Origin: Enterobacter phage vB_EclS_CobraSix
Reading direction: 5' to 3' (one strand)
DNA: 47,816 bases
Sequence record: NC_071003.1
The notes below the pieces were generated by a model that was not told the origin of the DNA, ran no database searches, and worked only from the letters and a program-made list of their open reading frames with translations. This document shows positions 27,462-37,397 of this stretch, piece by piece; position 1 is the stretch's first letter, and each line of letters opens with the position of its first letter. Made by a program: the position numbers and the translations under genes.

Positions 27462-27649
27462 GCTGCACCGCCTTCATTCTTCTCTGCTTCGACTGCCATC
27501 TGCTCAAGCCGTCGAGATAGCTCGGCGGCCAGTGTCTGGAAATCTTCCTCAGACGCCACCGGAATCGGCACGAAGCGAATCCCGATGTGCGCGAGGTTAT
27601 TGGCTATTTCGAGGCTTTTTCTCAAATCAACGGGCGAGGGTCTGTTCAT
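27458..27649 (-). CDS. Hypothetical early protein
   Basis: 63 aa, start/stop overlaps with neighbours. Confidence 0.35.
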   Translation of the reverse strand: MNRPSPVDLRKSLEIANNLAHIGIRFVPIPVASEEDFQTLAAELSRRLEQMAVEAEKNEGGAA

Positions 27650-28257
27650 GCGGAGCGCTCCGCCATTATTTCGGCCTTCTGCTCGTCGTTGAGCATGTCA
27701 TCAGAGACGATCGCAACGCGATTGCTGGCGCTCCACGATACTGGAGCACTTTCTTTCAGCGCCTTATTCAGCGCCTCAGCAGCATCACGCAAAGCTTGCG
27801 GCAAGCAGTAATAGTCATCACCATCAGGCATTATCTCTTCGCAGTGCTGCTCCAGATCGAACTCCGGCGGGTAGTTAGGTTCGCAGATCATTAACTGCAA
27901 CTCGCTCGGCAGCAGGGAGTGCTCATAGCAATAGTCGGCCAGCGATTCAGCGTCGAAAAAGTACTGGTCATCATCAAAGATAACTAGCGGCTCTCCGGCC
28001 CACACAACGCGCTCAAAGATGGAGAACTTCGCCTGGCGGCTTTCGCGGTGGCATTCTTCGCAATAGCCATGAGTGCTATGAATAGGGTGTTCGTCAGGTT
28101 TGTTTTTACACTTGCGATGAGTAGCGCCACACCAACGCGCCTGGTGTTCATCTTTACCCCAGAAACGGCCGTGGCGGTCCACCCAGCCGGTTATAGTCTG
28201 GATGCTGGCCGCTTCATCGCTGTCCATCATCACGATTTTTTCAGTTTTCATATTCAT
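27646..28257 (-). CDS. Cys/His-rich hypothetical protein
   Basis: 203 aa, including a CGATHRKCKNK...HGYCEECH cluster. Confidence 0.45.
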   Translation of the reverse strand: MNMKTEKIVMMDSDEAASIQTITGWVDRHGRFWGKDEHQARWCGATHRKCKNKPDEHPIHSTHGYCEECHRESRQAKFSIFERVVWAGEPLVIFDDDQYFFDAESLADYCYEHSLLPSELQLMICEPNYPPEFDLEQHCEEIMPDGDDYYCLPQALRDAAEALNKALKESAPVSWSASNRVAIVSDDMLNDEQKAEIMAERSA

Positions 28258-28472
28258 TGCTCGGCTCCAAACCGCCCGTTAAGGCGGCCAGTTTTGACGA
28301 CGAACTCCAGGAGGCTAATTCCAAGAGCTTCAATTTTCTTGTGATGCTTGTTGATGATGGGAGGCACCGTTTCGTTCCAGTTAGGCCTTGGTTTCTTGCG
28401 CATGGCTTGTTGTATTTCCTCGGTGCAGCGGCGGCAGGCGGCGCGGATGGCGTTTTCATTTGCTGGCGTCAT
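28254..28472 (-). CDS. Hypothetical early protein
   Basis: 72 aa, coupled to the downstream gene. Confidence 0.35.
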   Translation of the reverse strand: MTPANENAIRAACRRCTEEIQQAMRKKPRPNWNETVPPIINKHHKKIEALGISLLEFVVKTGRLNGRFGAEQ

Positions 28473-30382
28473 GCGGCCTCCCGGCGGGCGAGAAATTTCG
28501 CCCCGAAAGCCATCAGCTCGTCCCGGTCCACCGTTGCGAAGTGGCAGTGTGTACGCGGGTACGGTCGCCAGATGATGAGCATCGACCCTTTGTTGTTTCC
28601 CGATACTGGCTTACCGCTGACTGGGTTGATAAACGCCAGCCTCCCGGCGGTAATGAATCGAACTTCGCTGGCGGTCTGAATAGCTTCCTTGAACCAGCCA
28701 ACCGAAGTGTCTGCCGGTACCAGCATCACCGTGCCGATCTGATTGGCGCTTTCAGCTGCGGCCTTTTTAACGAATGGTGTGATGTCGCTATATGGTGGAT
28801 TGAGCCAGACGTAGCCTGGCACATTCAGATAATCAGCCCACGGCGTTTCCAGTGTATTCTGCTCGGCGGTGATGAACTTCCGGCACAGTGCGTTATGAGG
28901 CGCCGCGGCGGCATCAAGCTGGAAGCAGAACTCAGCATCAAGGGAAGCGAAGATGGCTGGTGGGGTGCGCCAGAGGTCGCGCTGATCAAGCGGGGTTTTA
29001 CTTCCGCCATAATCACCATTCAACTTCTCTGCTGGCAGCGCATCGCCGATGCGCTCTCCGATCCAGCGCATAACCGGTACTGCCATACTATTGCCAATGG
29101 CTTTATAGCGTGGGCCATCAGGGCATTCATCAGCATCCTTCCCGCGCCAGCCGATCAGAGTGTGATTATCAGGAAAGCCCTGAAGGCGCTCGCACTCAAT
29201 CGGTGTTAGGCGGCGAACATCCATATTTTTTAGAACAAATGCACCGTTCTGCGTTTCGCCATTACCTTGGCCAGCTGATTTAGTTAACGTTGATGAGATG
29301 TTGTCGGCCTTGAAATGACCAATGGCAGGGGCCGTATAGGTCATAGCTATAGCTGGAGGCTGTCCGCTGTTAGCATGGCTTTTATCGTGGTTTCCTGCGC
29401 GAATCGTTGGCGATAGATCCGACGTCGCATCAGCTCCGCTGTCTTTGTAGCTAAATGCGATGCAGGCGTTTTCTTGTCCGTTGTTGCGCCCAAGTGTGTG
29501 TGCCAGTTCGCAATTGGTATCTGGATCCTGCGTGCCGTGCACTGCGAAAGTCTCGGTATCAAAATCCAATCTGATCCCATGCGCGGTGCAGGCGGTCGCC
29601 ACATCAATATGGCCGGCAGTATTGCCACCGCCAAAAGCAATCAGATGTCCAGCTTGTGCCTGGTTGTCGTCTGCGCCACACGTTCCAACGCCTCGTGCAG
29701 TAAGGGCGGCAACAGCCTTTTGCGTTTCTCGGCGCGGCGCAGAATCCCGGCGCATGCTGTCGAACTCAAAAAGTACTTCTGCGGGATCGAATCCTTTTCG
29801 AGCACTTGCGACAACGAACACACGGCGGCGTCGTTGGGCCACTCCGAAAAATTGAGCATCAAGGACGCGCCAGGCGATAACCCTTTCTGGTCCAGACACA
29901 CAACCTGCGTGCGTCCATTTTCCCCCTGCTGGCTGCAACTCACTGCTTTCTCCGGCAAGCCCTGCCAGAAAGCACCCGAAGGCATTGTCTTTGCTGCTGA
30001 GCACGCCGGGGACGTTTTCCCAGACGATAATTGCTTCTGGTTCACCGCGTTCGCGGCGCTTTGTGTCGATTGCATTGGCTAATTCCACGTAAGAAAGAGT
30101 TAATTGCCCGCGGTCGTCAGACAGGCCTTCGCGTAAGCCGGCGATGCTGAATGCCTGGCAGGGCGTACCACCGACCAGAACATCAGGCGCTTCGACATCA
30201 CCAGCGCGGACCGCATCGGCGATTTTGGTCATGTCGCCGAGGTTGGTTACTTCCGGCCAGTGATGGGCGAGAACAGCTGAAGGGAAGGGTTCGATTTCAG
30301 AGAACCAGGCAGGTTTCCAGCCGAGAGGTTCCCACGCTTTACTGGCAGCTTCGATTCCGCTGCACACGCTTCCGTATTTCAT
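28469..30382 (-). CDS. Fused DNA methyltransferase: N-terminal C5-cytosine MTase + C-terminal phage Dam-type N6-adenine MTase
   Basis: 637 aa. C5 motifs are SVCSGIE (I), GTPCQAFS (IV), ENV (VI), QRRRRVFVV (VIII), and IX/X RLTPIECERLQGFPDNH...GNSMAVPV. The C-terminal part carries WRTPP...DAAA...WLNPPYS (NPPY). Strong SD. Confidence 0.85.
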   Translation of the reverse strand: MKYGSVCSGIEAASKAWEPLGWKPAWFSEIEPFPSAVLAHHWPEVTNLGDMTKIADAVRAGDVEAPDVLVGGTPCQAFSIAGLREGLSDDRGQLTLSYVELANAIDTKRRERGEPEAIIVWENVPGVLSSKDNAFGCFLAGLAGESSELQPAGGKWTHAGCVSGPERVIAWRVLDAQFFGVAQRRRRVFVVASARKGFDPAEVLFEFDSMRRDSAPRRETQKAVAALTARGVGTCGADDNQAQAGHLIAFGGGNTAGHIDVATACTAHGIRLDFDTETFAVHGTQDPDTNCELAHTLGRNNGQENACIAFSYKDSGADATSDLSPTIRAGNHDKSHANSGQPPAIAMTYTAPAIGHFKADNISSTLTKSAGQGNGETQNGAFVLKNMDVRRLTPIECERLQGFPDNHTLIGWRGKDADECPDGPRYKAIGNSMAVPVMRWIGERIGDALPAEKLNGDYGGSKTPLDQRDLWRTPPAIFASLDAEFCFQLDAAAAPHNALCRKFITAEQNTLETPWADYLNVPGYVWLNPPYSDITPFVKKAAAESANQIGTVMLVPADTSVGWFKEAIQTASEVRFITAGRLAFINPVSGKPVSGNNKGSMLIIWRPYPRTHCHFATVDRDELMAFGAKFLARREAA

Positions 30383-30531
30383 GCCACCTCCTGCCTTTCC
30401 CGATATTCCTCAGCGAGCCGCTGCGCCTTTAATGGATTGCTGACCACTTCACCCCATGGCATTAGCCAGCCGTTACCAATGAAGGGAAGGCACAGTGTGC
30501 CAACCCTGATGTCGTCGTGAGCGTGAGTCAT
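30379..30531 (-). CDS. Small hypothetical protein
   Basis: About 50 aa with an ATGA overlap to the MTase. Confidence 0.25.
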   Translation of the reverse strand: MTHAHDDIRVGTLCLPFIGNGWLMPWGEVVSNPLKAQRLAEEYRERQEVA

Positions 30532-30962
30532 AGGATGGACTCCATTTCGTCGATGTACAGGCCCTGAGCAATCAGGCGGCGACGGCGTGCTGCACGTTCA
30601 ATGCACTCCTGCCGTCTGCCTTCCTGCGATTGCTCTATAGCGCGCCGAGTGAACAGCCGCGATTTACCCTGCGGCGTTACGACCTTTGGCTTCGTGACCA
30701 GGTCGAATGTCCGGTCGCAGATGCCGTCCCCGTTGACCCATTTTCCCGACTCAACGATCTGCGCTATCTGTCCGGAGCCGCGGGTGATGCCGTTGGCGAC
30801 CCGGTTAAACTCGATGAGCGTTACGCCGAACTTCTCGGCGATTTCGCTGCCGGTGACCGGGCGGCCGCGCGTCTGGATCATCCAGATAACGCGCTCACGA
30901 AGGCCGGAGAATTGCCCGGTTCGCCCGGGCCTGCGGTAGAATGGCGTACGTTTCATTTCCAC
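30528..30962 (-). CDS. Hypothetical protein, possible winged-helix DNA-binding
   Basis: 144 aa, with an HTH-like stretch [20 protein letters not shown]. Confidence 0.4.
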   Translation of the reverse strand: MEMKRTPFYRRPGRTGQFSGLRERVIWMIQTRGRPVTGSEIAEKFGVTLIEFNRVANGITRGSGQIAQIVESGKWVNGDGICDRTFDLVTKPKVVTPQGKSRLFTRRAIEQSQEGRRQECIERAARRRRLIAQGLYIDEMESIL

Positions 30963-31633
30963 TGCTCCCCGAACCTGAAGCCGATCTCCGCCAGCGCCTC
31001 GTCCATCTTCTCGATGAACTCCGGCACCATTTCGTTGAAATCGGACATGTACTGCGGATCCCGCTCAACGACGACGTGGTGAATACCTTCGCGCTTCATG
31101 CGCGGGTCATAGTTGGCAAAGAACCAGGCGTCTTTGCCGGTCACCCACATGCTGTACTGCACTTGGGCCATGTACGCAGACTTGATGGCTTCGAAACCGC
31201 CAAGGCGGAATTTCATGAAGTCGCGGGAGGTGAACGGGCATTTCAATTCGAGGCCGAATCCGTTACTGCACAGGCCGTCAGGAGAGCACGCAGTGCGCAT
31301 GCTCTCGTCACGGAACAGGATCGGAGACTCCGTGACTTTTACGTTCGTTGTGAACTCGAAGAGAGCACGGGCGTCTTCTTCATACTGCTTGCCCCAGGCC
31401 AGCGCCTTGGCGTTAACCTCTGGCGCGACGCCTGTGCATACCTCGGCGAGCAGCGTGTGGAAGTAGGACATTTTCATGTCTGTCCACTTCTTTCCCGATC
31501 TTGGCTTGGCGATGACGTTGTGCACTTCAGAGGCGGTGATAACGCCGAGGCGCAGCCGGTGCCATGCCTCGTCTCCTTGCTGGATAGTAGTTACGTCGAT
31601 ACCGGTCCGGGCCAGGATAATTTCTGGTGTCAT
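30953..31633 (-). CDS. YqaJ-like viral recombinase exonuclease (lambda Exo-like)
   Basis: 226 aa. N-terminal motif [19 protein letters not shown] and an ELKCP motif. Confidence 0.8.
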   Translation of the reverse strand: MTPEIILARTGIDVTTIQQGDEAWHRLRLGVITASEVHNVIAKPRSGKKWTDMKMSYFHTLLAEVCTGVAPEVNAKALAWGKQYEEDARALFEFTTNVKVTESPILFRDESMRTACSPDGLCSNGFGLELKCPFTSRDFMKFRLGGFEAIKSAYMAQVQYSMWVTGKDAWFFANYDPRMKREGIHHVVVERDPQYMSDFNEMVPEFIEKMDEALAEIGFRFGEQWK

Positions 31634-32547
31634 GCTGCCGCCTTTTGCCTGAGGAACCCGAGAGCCTTAACACCTTCCACTTCTGTTAGGTCGGCTGGCT
31701 GCGAGATAGCGCGTTTGAAAATGCGTGAACAGAGAGGGAGAAGATCGGCATCCCATGTCTTATCCAGAGAGACGAGTAGGTCGTTAATCTCTTTCTGAGT
31801 GGTTTCGCTAAGCGGCGTTATATCGCGCTCTGGCTGGCGTTCTGCTGCAAAGTTGATACCTTCTTCGCCCTCGGTATTAACGTGGTCGATAGCGGCATCC
31901 AGGCGCTCACGGCGAGGCCAGTATTTTGCTGCCTGCTTTACGACCGTCTTGAGGATCATCTGTTCTTCGTCAGTGACCCATGGACACTTTTTACTGTTGT
32001 CAGATTTGTACTTCTTCCATGCTTCAGACCGGTCACGGATGGAGTAGATGGCATCGATGCGCATCGTATGGGTGAGATAATCACCATCGTCAGTTTTTAC
32101 CGTTACATACGCGCCTACGATGTCCCCGCGCTGCTCTTCAGTATCGAAGTCGTTGTAGATGTGGATCGGCGGCTTATCGAGCCCCTCGCGGCGGAACTGG
32201 TCGTTTCTGCGAACAATTGCCGACTGGCACCACTTAATGGCGCCAGACTGCTGTGCAATATGCATCAGGCCCATGTAACTGATGTCGAGGCAAATAGCCC
32301 CTTTACGCGGAACCAGGTAAGCCAGCTTCTGAGCTGGGTTTAGCGAAATACCGATAGCTGCAACGTTGATGATCGCATTCTGCGTGCTGGTCTGGTTTTG
32401 GAATGCAACTTTGGCGAGGTAGTCGTTGTTCTGAAATAGTTGGATGGCGAACTGACTTTCCTTCGCCCACACCATCCGCTCGTCTGTGGCCGCCTTAATG
32501 AAAAGCGGCTCCTGTTGTTTGACGAAATCAACAAGGGTTAAGCTCAT
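31630..32547 (-). CDS. recT: RecT-family ssDNA annealing protein
   Basis: 305 aa, coupled to the exonuclease, with a strong SD AAGGAGGGG. Confidence 0.8.
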   Translation of the reverse strand: MSLTLVDFVKQQEPLFIKAATDERMVWAKESQFAIQLFQNNDYLAKVAFQNQTSTQNAIINVAAIGISLNPAQKLAYLVPRKGAICLDISYMGLMHIAQQSGAIKWCQSAIVRRNDQFRREGLDKPPIHIYNDFDTEEQRGDIVGAYVTVKTDDGDYLTHTMRIDAIYSIRDRSEAWKKYKSDNSKKCPWVTDEEQMILKTVVKQAAKYWPRRERLDAAIDHVNTEGEEGINFAAERQPERDITPLSETTQKEINDLLVSLDKTWDADLLPLCSRIFKRAISQPADLTEVEGVKALGFLRQKAAA

Positions 32548-32556
32548 AGCCCCTCC

Positions 32557-32838
32557 TTAAAATGGGCAGGTTGGATGAAGGCGATCCCACTCTTCTTCGG
32601 CGCGGTCGTAACAGATGCGTGTGACATAGTCGTTATAGGCTTCCTCTGCCTTTTCACCGACTAGTGCCATTTGCGCTTCTTTTGGGAGAAACAGGCTACT
32701 CATTTGCAGAGCATATTTCGGGAACATGGCGATCAGTTCTTTCGCCCGGTTGTCGATCCACTTCTCCTTCTCGTCGGTGAGTTGCTGCTCAACCCAGCGC
32801 CGATCTTCGATTCGGTCGTAAGTGAGGTATGCGTTCAT
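32557..32838 (-). CDS. Hypothetical early protein
   Basis: About 94 aa, starting at the ATG with SD AGGAG. Confidence 0.4.
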   Translation of the reverse strand: MNAYLTYDRIEDRRWVEQQLTDEKEKWIDNRAKELIAMFPKYALQMSSLFLPKEAQMALVGEKAEEAYNDYVTRICYDRAEEEWDRLHPTCPF

Positions 32839-32908
32839 GGCTGAACTCCTGAATTTGGATGTGCAGATCCCGCCCGCGTAATGCCAGGCCGATCGGTTGA
32901 ATAGGTGA

Positions 32909-33118
32909 TTAGTGCTGGATAGGGTTGCCGTGACCGTCCAGAAGAACGTCAATCACGCAGTCACTGAGGCGGATGATTTCTGCATCGGTGTGCAGGTAAA
33001 CCCATTTGCGCTCCTGAATGACCGCTGAGACCCGATATGTTCGGCCTTCATGCATTGCCATCATGCCAGGAGTGACGCACTGACGAATGAGCGGGGTGGT
33101 GCCGTAGTGGTGCATCAT
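32909..33118 (-). CDS. Hypothetical early protein
   Basis: 69 aa with SD GAGGTGAAGG. Confidence 0.4.
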   Translation of the reverse strand: MMHHYGTTPLIRQCVTPGMMAMHEGRTYRVSAVIQERKWVYLHTDAEIIRLSDCVIDVLLDGHGNPIQH

Positions 33119-33276
33119 ACCTTCACCTCAACCTGTTCCAGGAGGCCAGCCAGCTTCATGTGCCAGCGGGTCATTGTCAGCTTGTCGCGTGGTGCTGATA
33201 CCGACGTCAGCTGCCACTCGTTATCGTTGAGCTTTTTGGCTGTGTACTGCTTGCCGTAGTGGGTGACTGTCATGAT
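33117..33276 (-). CDS. Small hypothetical protein
   Basis: 52 aa with SD GGGAGG. Confidence 0.3.
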
Positions 33277-33527
33277 GCCTCCCGGGCGCGGAGCATTGCG
33301 TCAGCTATCTGGTATGCTTCGGTTGCCGTGCGGTCATCGCTACACAACCAGTCAGGATTCGCTAATCGACCCTGCATAGCCTTAGCCGCGAAGTAATCTC
33401 GCAGCGTCATGCCACCAAAGTCAGCTGTCTTACCAGGAGCCAACTCAATGCCGAATGTGTTCATTGTCTCGCTGGAGTTGTTAACAAGTACGTATGGGAA
33501 TGCTGGGCCGCCTGCCTGAATTTTCAT
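33270..33527 (-). CDS. Hypothetical early protein
   Basis: About 86 aa, starting at MKIQAGG with SD GGAG. Confidence 0.35.
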   Translation of the reverse strand: MKIQAGGPAFPYVLVNNSSETMNTFGIELAPGKTADFGGMTLRDYFAAKAMQGRLANPDWLCSDDRTATEAYQIADAMLRAREAS

Positions 33528-33671
33528 AATCATCTCCGCGCTTAAGGCCGCGCCGCCGAACGTTAAAAAAGACTTCTGCGCTTGCAAAAAAATGTGAGGG
33601 CGGTGGATGGCCGCCAGCTTCATAACTAACCGCACTCATCGAGAACGGTGAGGTATGAAAAAAGCCGCTGG

Positions 33672-34310
33672 TTAGGCGGCTTTGATTGCTCGAATTGTTG
33701 TCCAAGTCACGGAGTGCTCCGCCGTCAGTTTGAAGTGGCGCTCGCACTCATGGCATTGATGCTCTTCTTGGCAGGCGTCGTATGATTCATCGGTGGAAAT
33801 TTCAGCCTTACACCATGGGCAGCGAGCCTCATCTTCGTGCCAAAAATCCATCTCATCATATTCATCATCAGGAACGATCCGCGCCTCTGCTTCTGCAAGA
33901 CGCTTTTTGTTAATTTGTTCCTGACAGTCATTGCAACGCCATCCTTCACTGCAACCCCAAACAGCACCAATTCCATCAATGCCTGGAGATTTAGCTGCAC
34001 GCTCTCTATCTACACCACAATCAACGCAGACATCATGCTTGTCACAGCGAACATAGGCCCATTTAATAGGTTGGCCATTGCAATGATCACAACCCTCAAC
34101 CCAATGCCAAACCCCATCAATTTCCTTTGAGTACCAACTCCTTTCTGGTGGCGTGATTTCAAAGTCGCATTCCTGGATGCACTTTCCACCCTGGACAATC
34201 CGCTTTCCAAACATCTGAACTCTGCCGCTTCTGACACGTTCGATTCCTGAGAAGAGTCGAGGGTCGTTAATAACGCCCCGGATAATCTCCCCATCAATTC
34301 GTTTACACAT
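33672..34310 (-). CDS. Multi-zinc-ribbon Cys-rich protein (first gene of leftward operon)
   Basis: 212 aa with at least 7 CxxC pairs, and SD GAGGGTAAGGG. Confidence 0.5.
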   Translation of the reverse strand: MCKRIDGEIIRGVINDPRLFSGIERVRSGRVQMFGKRIVQGGKCIQECDFEITPPERSWYSKEIDGVWHWVEGCDHCNGQPIKWAYVRCDKHDVCVDCGVDRERAAKSPGIDGIGAVWGCSEGWRCNDCQEQINKKRLAEAEARIVPDDEYDEMDFWHEDEARCPWCKAEISTDESYDACQEEHQCHECERHFKLTAEHSVTWTTIRAIKAA

Positions 34311-34604
34311 ACCCTTACCCTCTGTCGTTACCCGCTGATGCGGGAGAAATGCTTAGGTGGTGAGCACAGCCGGGCGACTAACTCCGGTCGCGTACTCATT
34401 GCCAAGCGCCTTCGCCGAGAAGGTTTGCTTCTGCACTCACCCCAAAACATTCCAGTTACGCACCATTGCCGCTCTCCCTGAGCCCGCCGGGCGTCCGACG
34501 CATGGTTTACTGTCGCGCCGTTCGACTGACCGAATGTCCACTTCGCCGCTGGCTAACTTCGCTCAGCTGTCGATGTTTCGTTTCGATGGATTAAAGATAC
34601 AGAT

Positions 34605-34640
34605 AAAACTGTATTATCGTCAACAGACAAAACTGTATTT
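34605..34640. promoter_or_regulatory. OL operator cluster
   Basis: ATACAGATAAAACTGTAT and CAGACAAAACTGTAT palindromic sites downstream of the cI 3' end. Confidence 0.5.
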
Positions 34641-34744
34641 AATGGCGTGCGAAACATATGTTTCTGTATTTGTGGGTAATTTATTTTGTAAGGACGAAAA
34701 AAAACCGGCATAAGCCGGTTTGTTTAGACGTTTGAGAGGGGGTT

Positions 34745-35377
34745 TTAGCGTTTGCGGCGGTAAATTCGGTGCTCAATCATTACACCGATAATGGTTAAAG
34801 GCTGGTGATCGCTGTTAATGACAGGGTAGTCGTCATTCAGTGGGACCAGTTCAAAGTGCTGGCAGCCGAGAGGGTCTACCCATGTCGGGCGGTATTTTTT
34901 GAAGGTTGCCTGTGTTCCGCCGTTCTTCGCAACAACAAATTCCCCAGGCGTGGGTTCTACCTCAGGGTCGACAATAATAACGTCACCAGCCTTAAAATCT
35001 GGTTCCATTGAGTCGCCTTCAATACGCAACGCAAAGGTGTGCTGGGACACATCCAGATCAGTAAGTATGTATTCAAGGCTGCCATCGAAAGCCTCGATAG
35101 GGTTTTTCTCAGCCAAGGCTCCTGCCTGTACGTAGCTTATCAACGGAACTCTCCTGCTGTTGATCTCTGCCATCGGCATAAACGCGCCGCCGTTCATTAG
35201 CCAATCGGCATCGCATTTAAGCGCCTTGGCTATTCCAATTATATTACGTGGCTTGAGAGTTTTCCCATCTTCAATGCTCTGCCATGACTGCTGCCGAATA
35301 CCGGCCTTCTCAGCAGCTTCTGTCTGGGTTAATCCCAGCTCAATTCTTTTTTGTTTAACGCGATCCGCAAGGCTCAT
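34745..35377 (-). CDS. cI: CI-like repressor (HTH_XRE + S24 LexA-like autopeptidase)
   Basis: N-terminal HTH LGLTQTEAAEKAGIRQQSWQSIE, then GDSMEP (Ser) and FKKY (Lys). Confidence 0.85.
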   Translation of the reverse strand: MSLADRVKQKRIELGLTQTEAAEKAGIRQQSWQSIEDGKTLKPRNIIGIAKALKCDADWLMNGGAFMPMAEINSRRVPLISYVQAGALAEKNPIEAFDGSLEYILTDLDVSQHTFALRIEGDSMEPDFKAGDVIIVDPEVEPTPGEFVVAKNGGTQATFKKYRPTWVDPLGCQHFELVPLNDDYPVINSDHQPLTIIGVMIEHRIYRRKR

Positions 35378-35404
35378 AAATCCCTCTCTCTGTATGCCTT
35401 GATA

Positions 35405-35470
35405 GTCACAGTTAAAACTGTAATTGACAAACAGAAATAACTGTCACAGAATACAGATAAAACTGTGGAG
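35405..35470. promoter_or_regulatory. OR operators with divergent PRM/PR
   Basis: Three ACAG-N-CTGT type sites, including ATACAGATAAAACTGTGG. TTGACA lies at 35424-35429. Confidence 0.5.
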
Positions 35471-35475
35471 GTGAT

Positions 35476-35697
35476 ATGGAAACAATTTCTCAACGCCTCA
35501 AGCAAAAACGTGAAGAGATGAATCTGTCTCAGGACCAGTTAGCAAAACTGGCTGGCATGAAACAGCAATCACTTCAGGCCATCGAGGCCGGGACTACTAA
35601 GCGTCCACGTTATTTGGTTGAGCTGGCTCGGGCTCTCAAATGTGAACCTGAATGGCTTCTTTTTGGCGATGAGCCGAATAAAACAACAGCCGCTTAA
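35476..35697 (+). CDS. cro: Cro-like HTH_XRE repressor
   Basis: 73 aa, LSQDQLAKLAGMKQQSLQAIE, divergent from cI. Confidence 0.75.
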   Translation: METISQRLKQKREEMNLSQDQLAKLAGMKQQSLQAIEAGTTKRPRYLVELARALKCEPEWLLFGDEPNKTTAA

Positions 35698-35726
35698 CGG
35701 CGGCCCTAACCACGAAAGGGAAAGCA

Positions 35727-36269
35727 ATGCATTCACTTGCGTATCAACACAATACCGGAATACACCCGGGAGCGATGATAAACCGCGCTCAAGCTAAAGC
35801 GGCGCCAGACCACGAAAAGATCCGCGATGCGGTCCGGGCATGGTCATCGGCGCTGGACAATCAGGACGTCGTTTCGGCGCTGATCATCAACGAGTACAGG
35901 GAGCAGGGCGGGACCGCCATCAGCTTCCCGGAAGACATCAGCCGGGCCCGCCAGAAGCTGTTCCGCTTTCTGGATAACCGTTTCGACTCTGAACAGTACC
36001 GCGAGAACGTGCGCCAGCTGACACCGGCAATCATGGCCGTCCTGCCTCTGGAGTATCGCCATCGACTTCTTCCCGAGGACAGTTTCATGTCCCGCTTAGC
36101 TCGACTTGAGAAGGAAACGAGCGAGGCGAAAGTGGCCGTTGCGATGAACGCCCCGCGTCACCAGAAGCTCAAGGAACTCAGTGAGGGGATTGTAGAGATG
36201 TTCCGTGTCGACCCGGACCTGACCGCGCCGCTGATGGCCATGGTCACTTCGATGTTAGGGGTTATGTGA
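35727..36269 (+). CDS. CII-like regulatory protein
   Basis: 180 aa, located immediately after cro. Confidence 0.45.
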   Translation: MHSLAYQHNTGIHPGAMINRAQAKAAPDHEKIRDAVRAWSSALDNQDVVSALIINEYREQGGTAISFPEDISRARQKLFRFLDNRFDSEQYRENVRQLTPAIMAVLPLEYRHRLLPEDSFMSRLARLEKETSEAKVAVAMNAPRHQKLKELSEGIVEMFRVDPDLTAPLMAMVTSMLGVM

Positions 36270-36497
36270 TGGGAAGTATCAAAAATGGCGAAAGCCAGTC
36301 TGCGTCAACAGAACTGGCCTTCAGATGCAAATCGTGTGCTCTCATTGCAGGAGGAATAATGGCAAAAAATCCACGCTATTACCATACCGCTGTACATAAA
36401 AACATAACCCGCGACCGCTTCATCCGCTCGGTTAACCCGATTGTGGCAGAGAAGATGCGCGCCATTCTTGAAGAACTGAAACGTAAGGAGAGTGGCC

Positions 36498-37397
36498 GTG
36501 GGTAACGTATCCAATTTAGCCGAAGCCAGAGAGGCCAGAAGGCTCCAGAAACCGCGCACGAATGACGGTAAGGGGTTTGCCTTGCTGCACCGTAAAATTA
36601 TGGATGTGCCGTTCTATAAGGACGCTGAGGCGGCTCATTTATGGGTTCACCTGCTCCTGCGCGCTAATCACGAACAGACACTGGTATCTACTGATGTTGG
36701 CGATGTGATCTGCGAGCGCGGAGAGTTCATTACCGGTCGAAACACACTGGCAATGGAAACGGGTTTGACCGCTGATCGCGTTAAATCACTTCTCCGTAAA
36801 TTCCAGAATCTGGGCATGATCACCACCAAATCGAACAACCGTTTTACTGTTCTAAAAGTGGTCAAATATGACGAATATCAGTCAAATTTTTGTCCAGCCG
36901 ATGTCCAGCCAGTGTCCATCCCAAACGCAGTCGTACCAATGCCTGCGGAGGTGGAGTGTCCAGCCGATGTCCAGCCAGTGTCCACAGATAACAATATATT
37001 AAATAACTTACTACCTAACGGTAGTAAGTATGTCGCAAATGACCAGAAACCCGCTGAAGAGAAAAAGTCACGTTTGTCATGCGATGAAGTATGGCAATGC
37101 CTGAAAGACGAACTGCCTGAAGCACGGGGATGGAGATGCCTCACTGATGAGCGACGCAATCTGATCCGCACCTTCTGGGGTAAGGCTAACAAAATTGCCC
37201 GCAACCTGGACGGCAAGCCGATGGATATGGACGGTTTCAGAAGCTATCTGCGCTACATCGCTCAGAACTGCCGCTGGATGCTTGAAGACCGACCAGACCA
37301 GAAATCCGGGAAGACCTGGCGCCGCATGAAATTCGATAAGTTCCTGACCGAAAAGCTCTACATCGAAGTGCGCGAGGGGGATCGTGATGACCGCTGA
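36498..37397 (+). CDS. Replication initiation protein (lambda O-like, with internal origin)
   Basis: About 300 aa, coupled to the helicase, and carrying iterons inside the ORF. Confidence 0.65.
   Translation: MGNVSNLAEAREARRLQKPRTNDGKGFALLHRKIMDVPFYKDAEAAHLWVHLLLRANHEQTLVSTDVGDVICERGEFITGRNTLAMETGLTADRVKSLLRKFQNLGMITTKSNNRFTVLKVVKYDEYQSNFCPADVQPVSIPNAVVPMPAEVECPADVQPVSTDNNILNNLLPNGSKYVANDQKPAEEKKSRLSCDEVWQCLKDELPEARGWRCLTDERRNLIRTFWGKANKIARNLDGKPMDMDGFRSYLRYIAQNCRWMLEDRPDQKSGKTWRRMKFDKFLTEKLYIEVREGDRDDR
36893..36984. repeat. Iterons (ori)
   Basis: TGTCCAGCCGATGTCCAGCCAGTGTCCA occurs twice, giving about 6 copies of the GTCCAGCC-like unit. Confidence 0.6.

Noticed and set aside
28388-29209. 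273-aa plus-strand ORF antisense to the methyltransferase gene
   Set aside because: Overlaps the conserved MTase motifs on the other strand. A frame artefact.
34380-34500. A 40-aa arginine-rich (KPSRRRRLA) minus-strand ORF in the PL leader as an N-like antiterminator
   Set aside because: Too short, no SD, and no nut-like boxA/boxB nearby.
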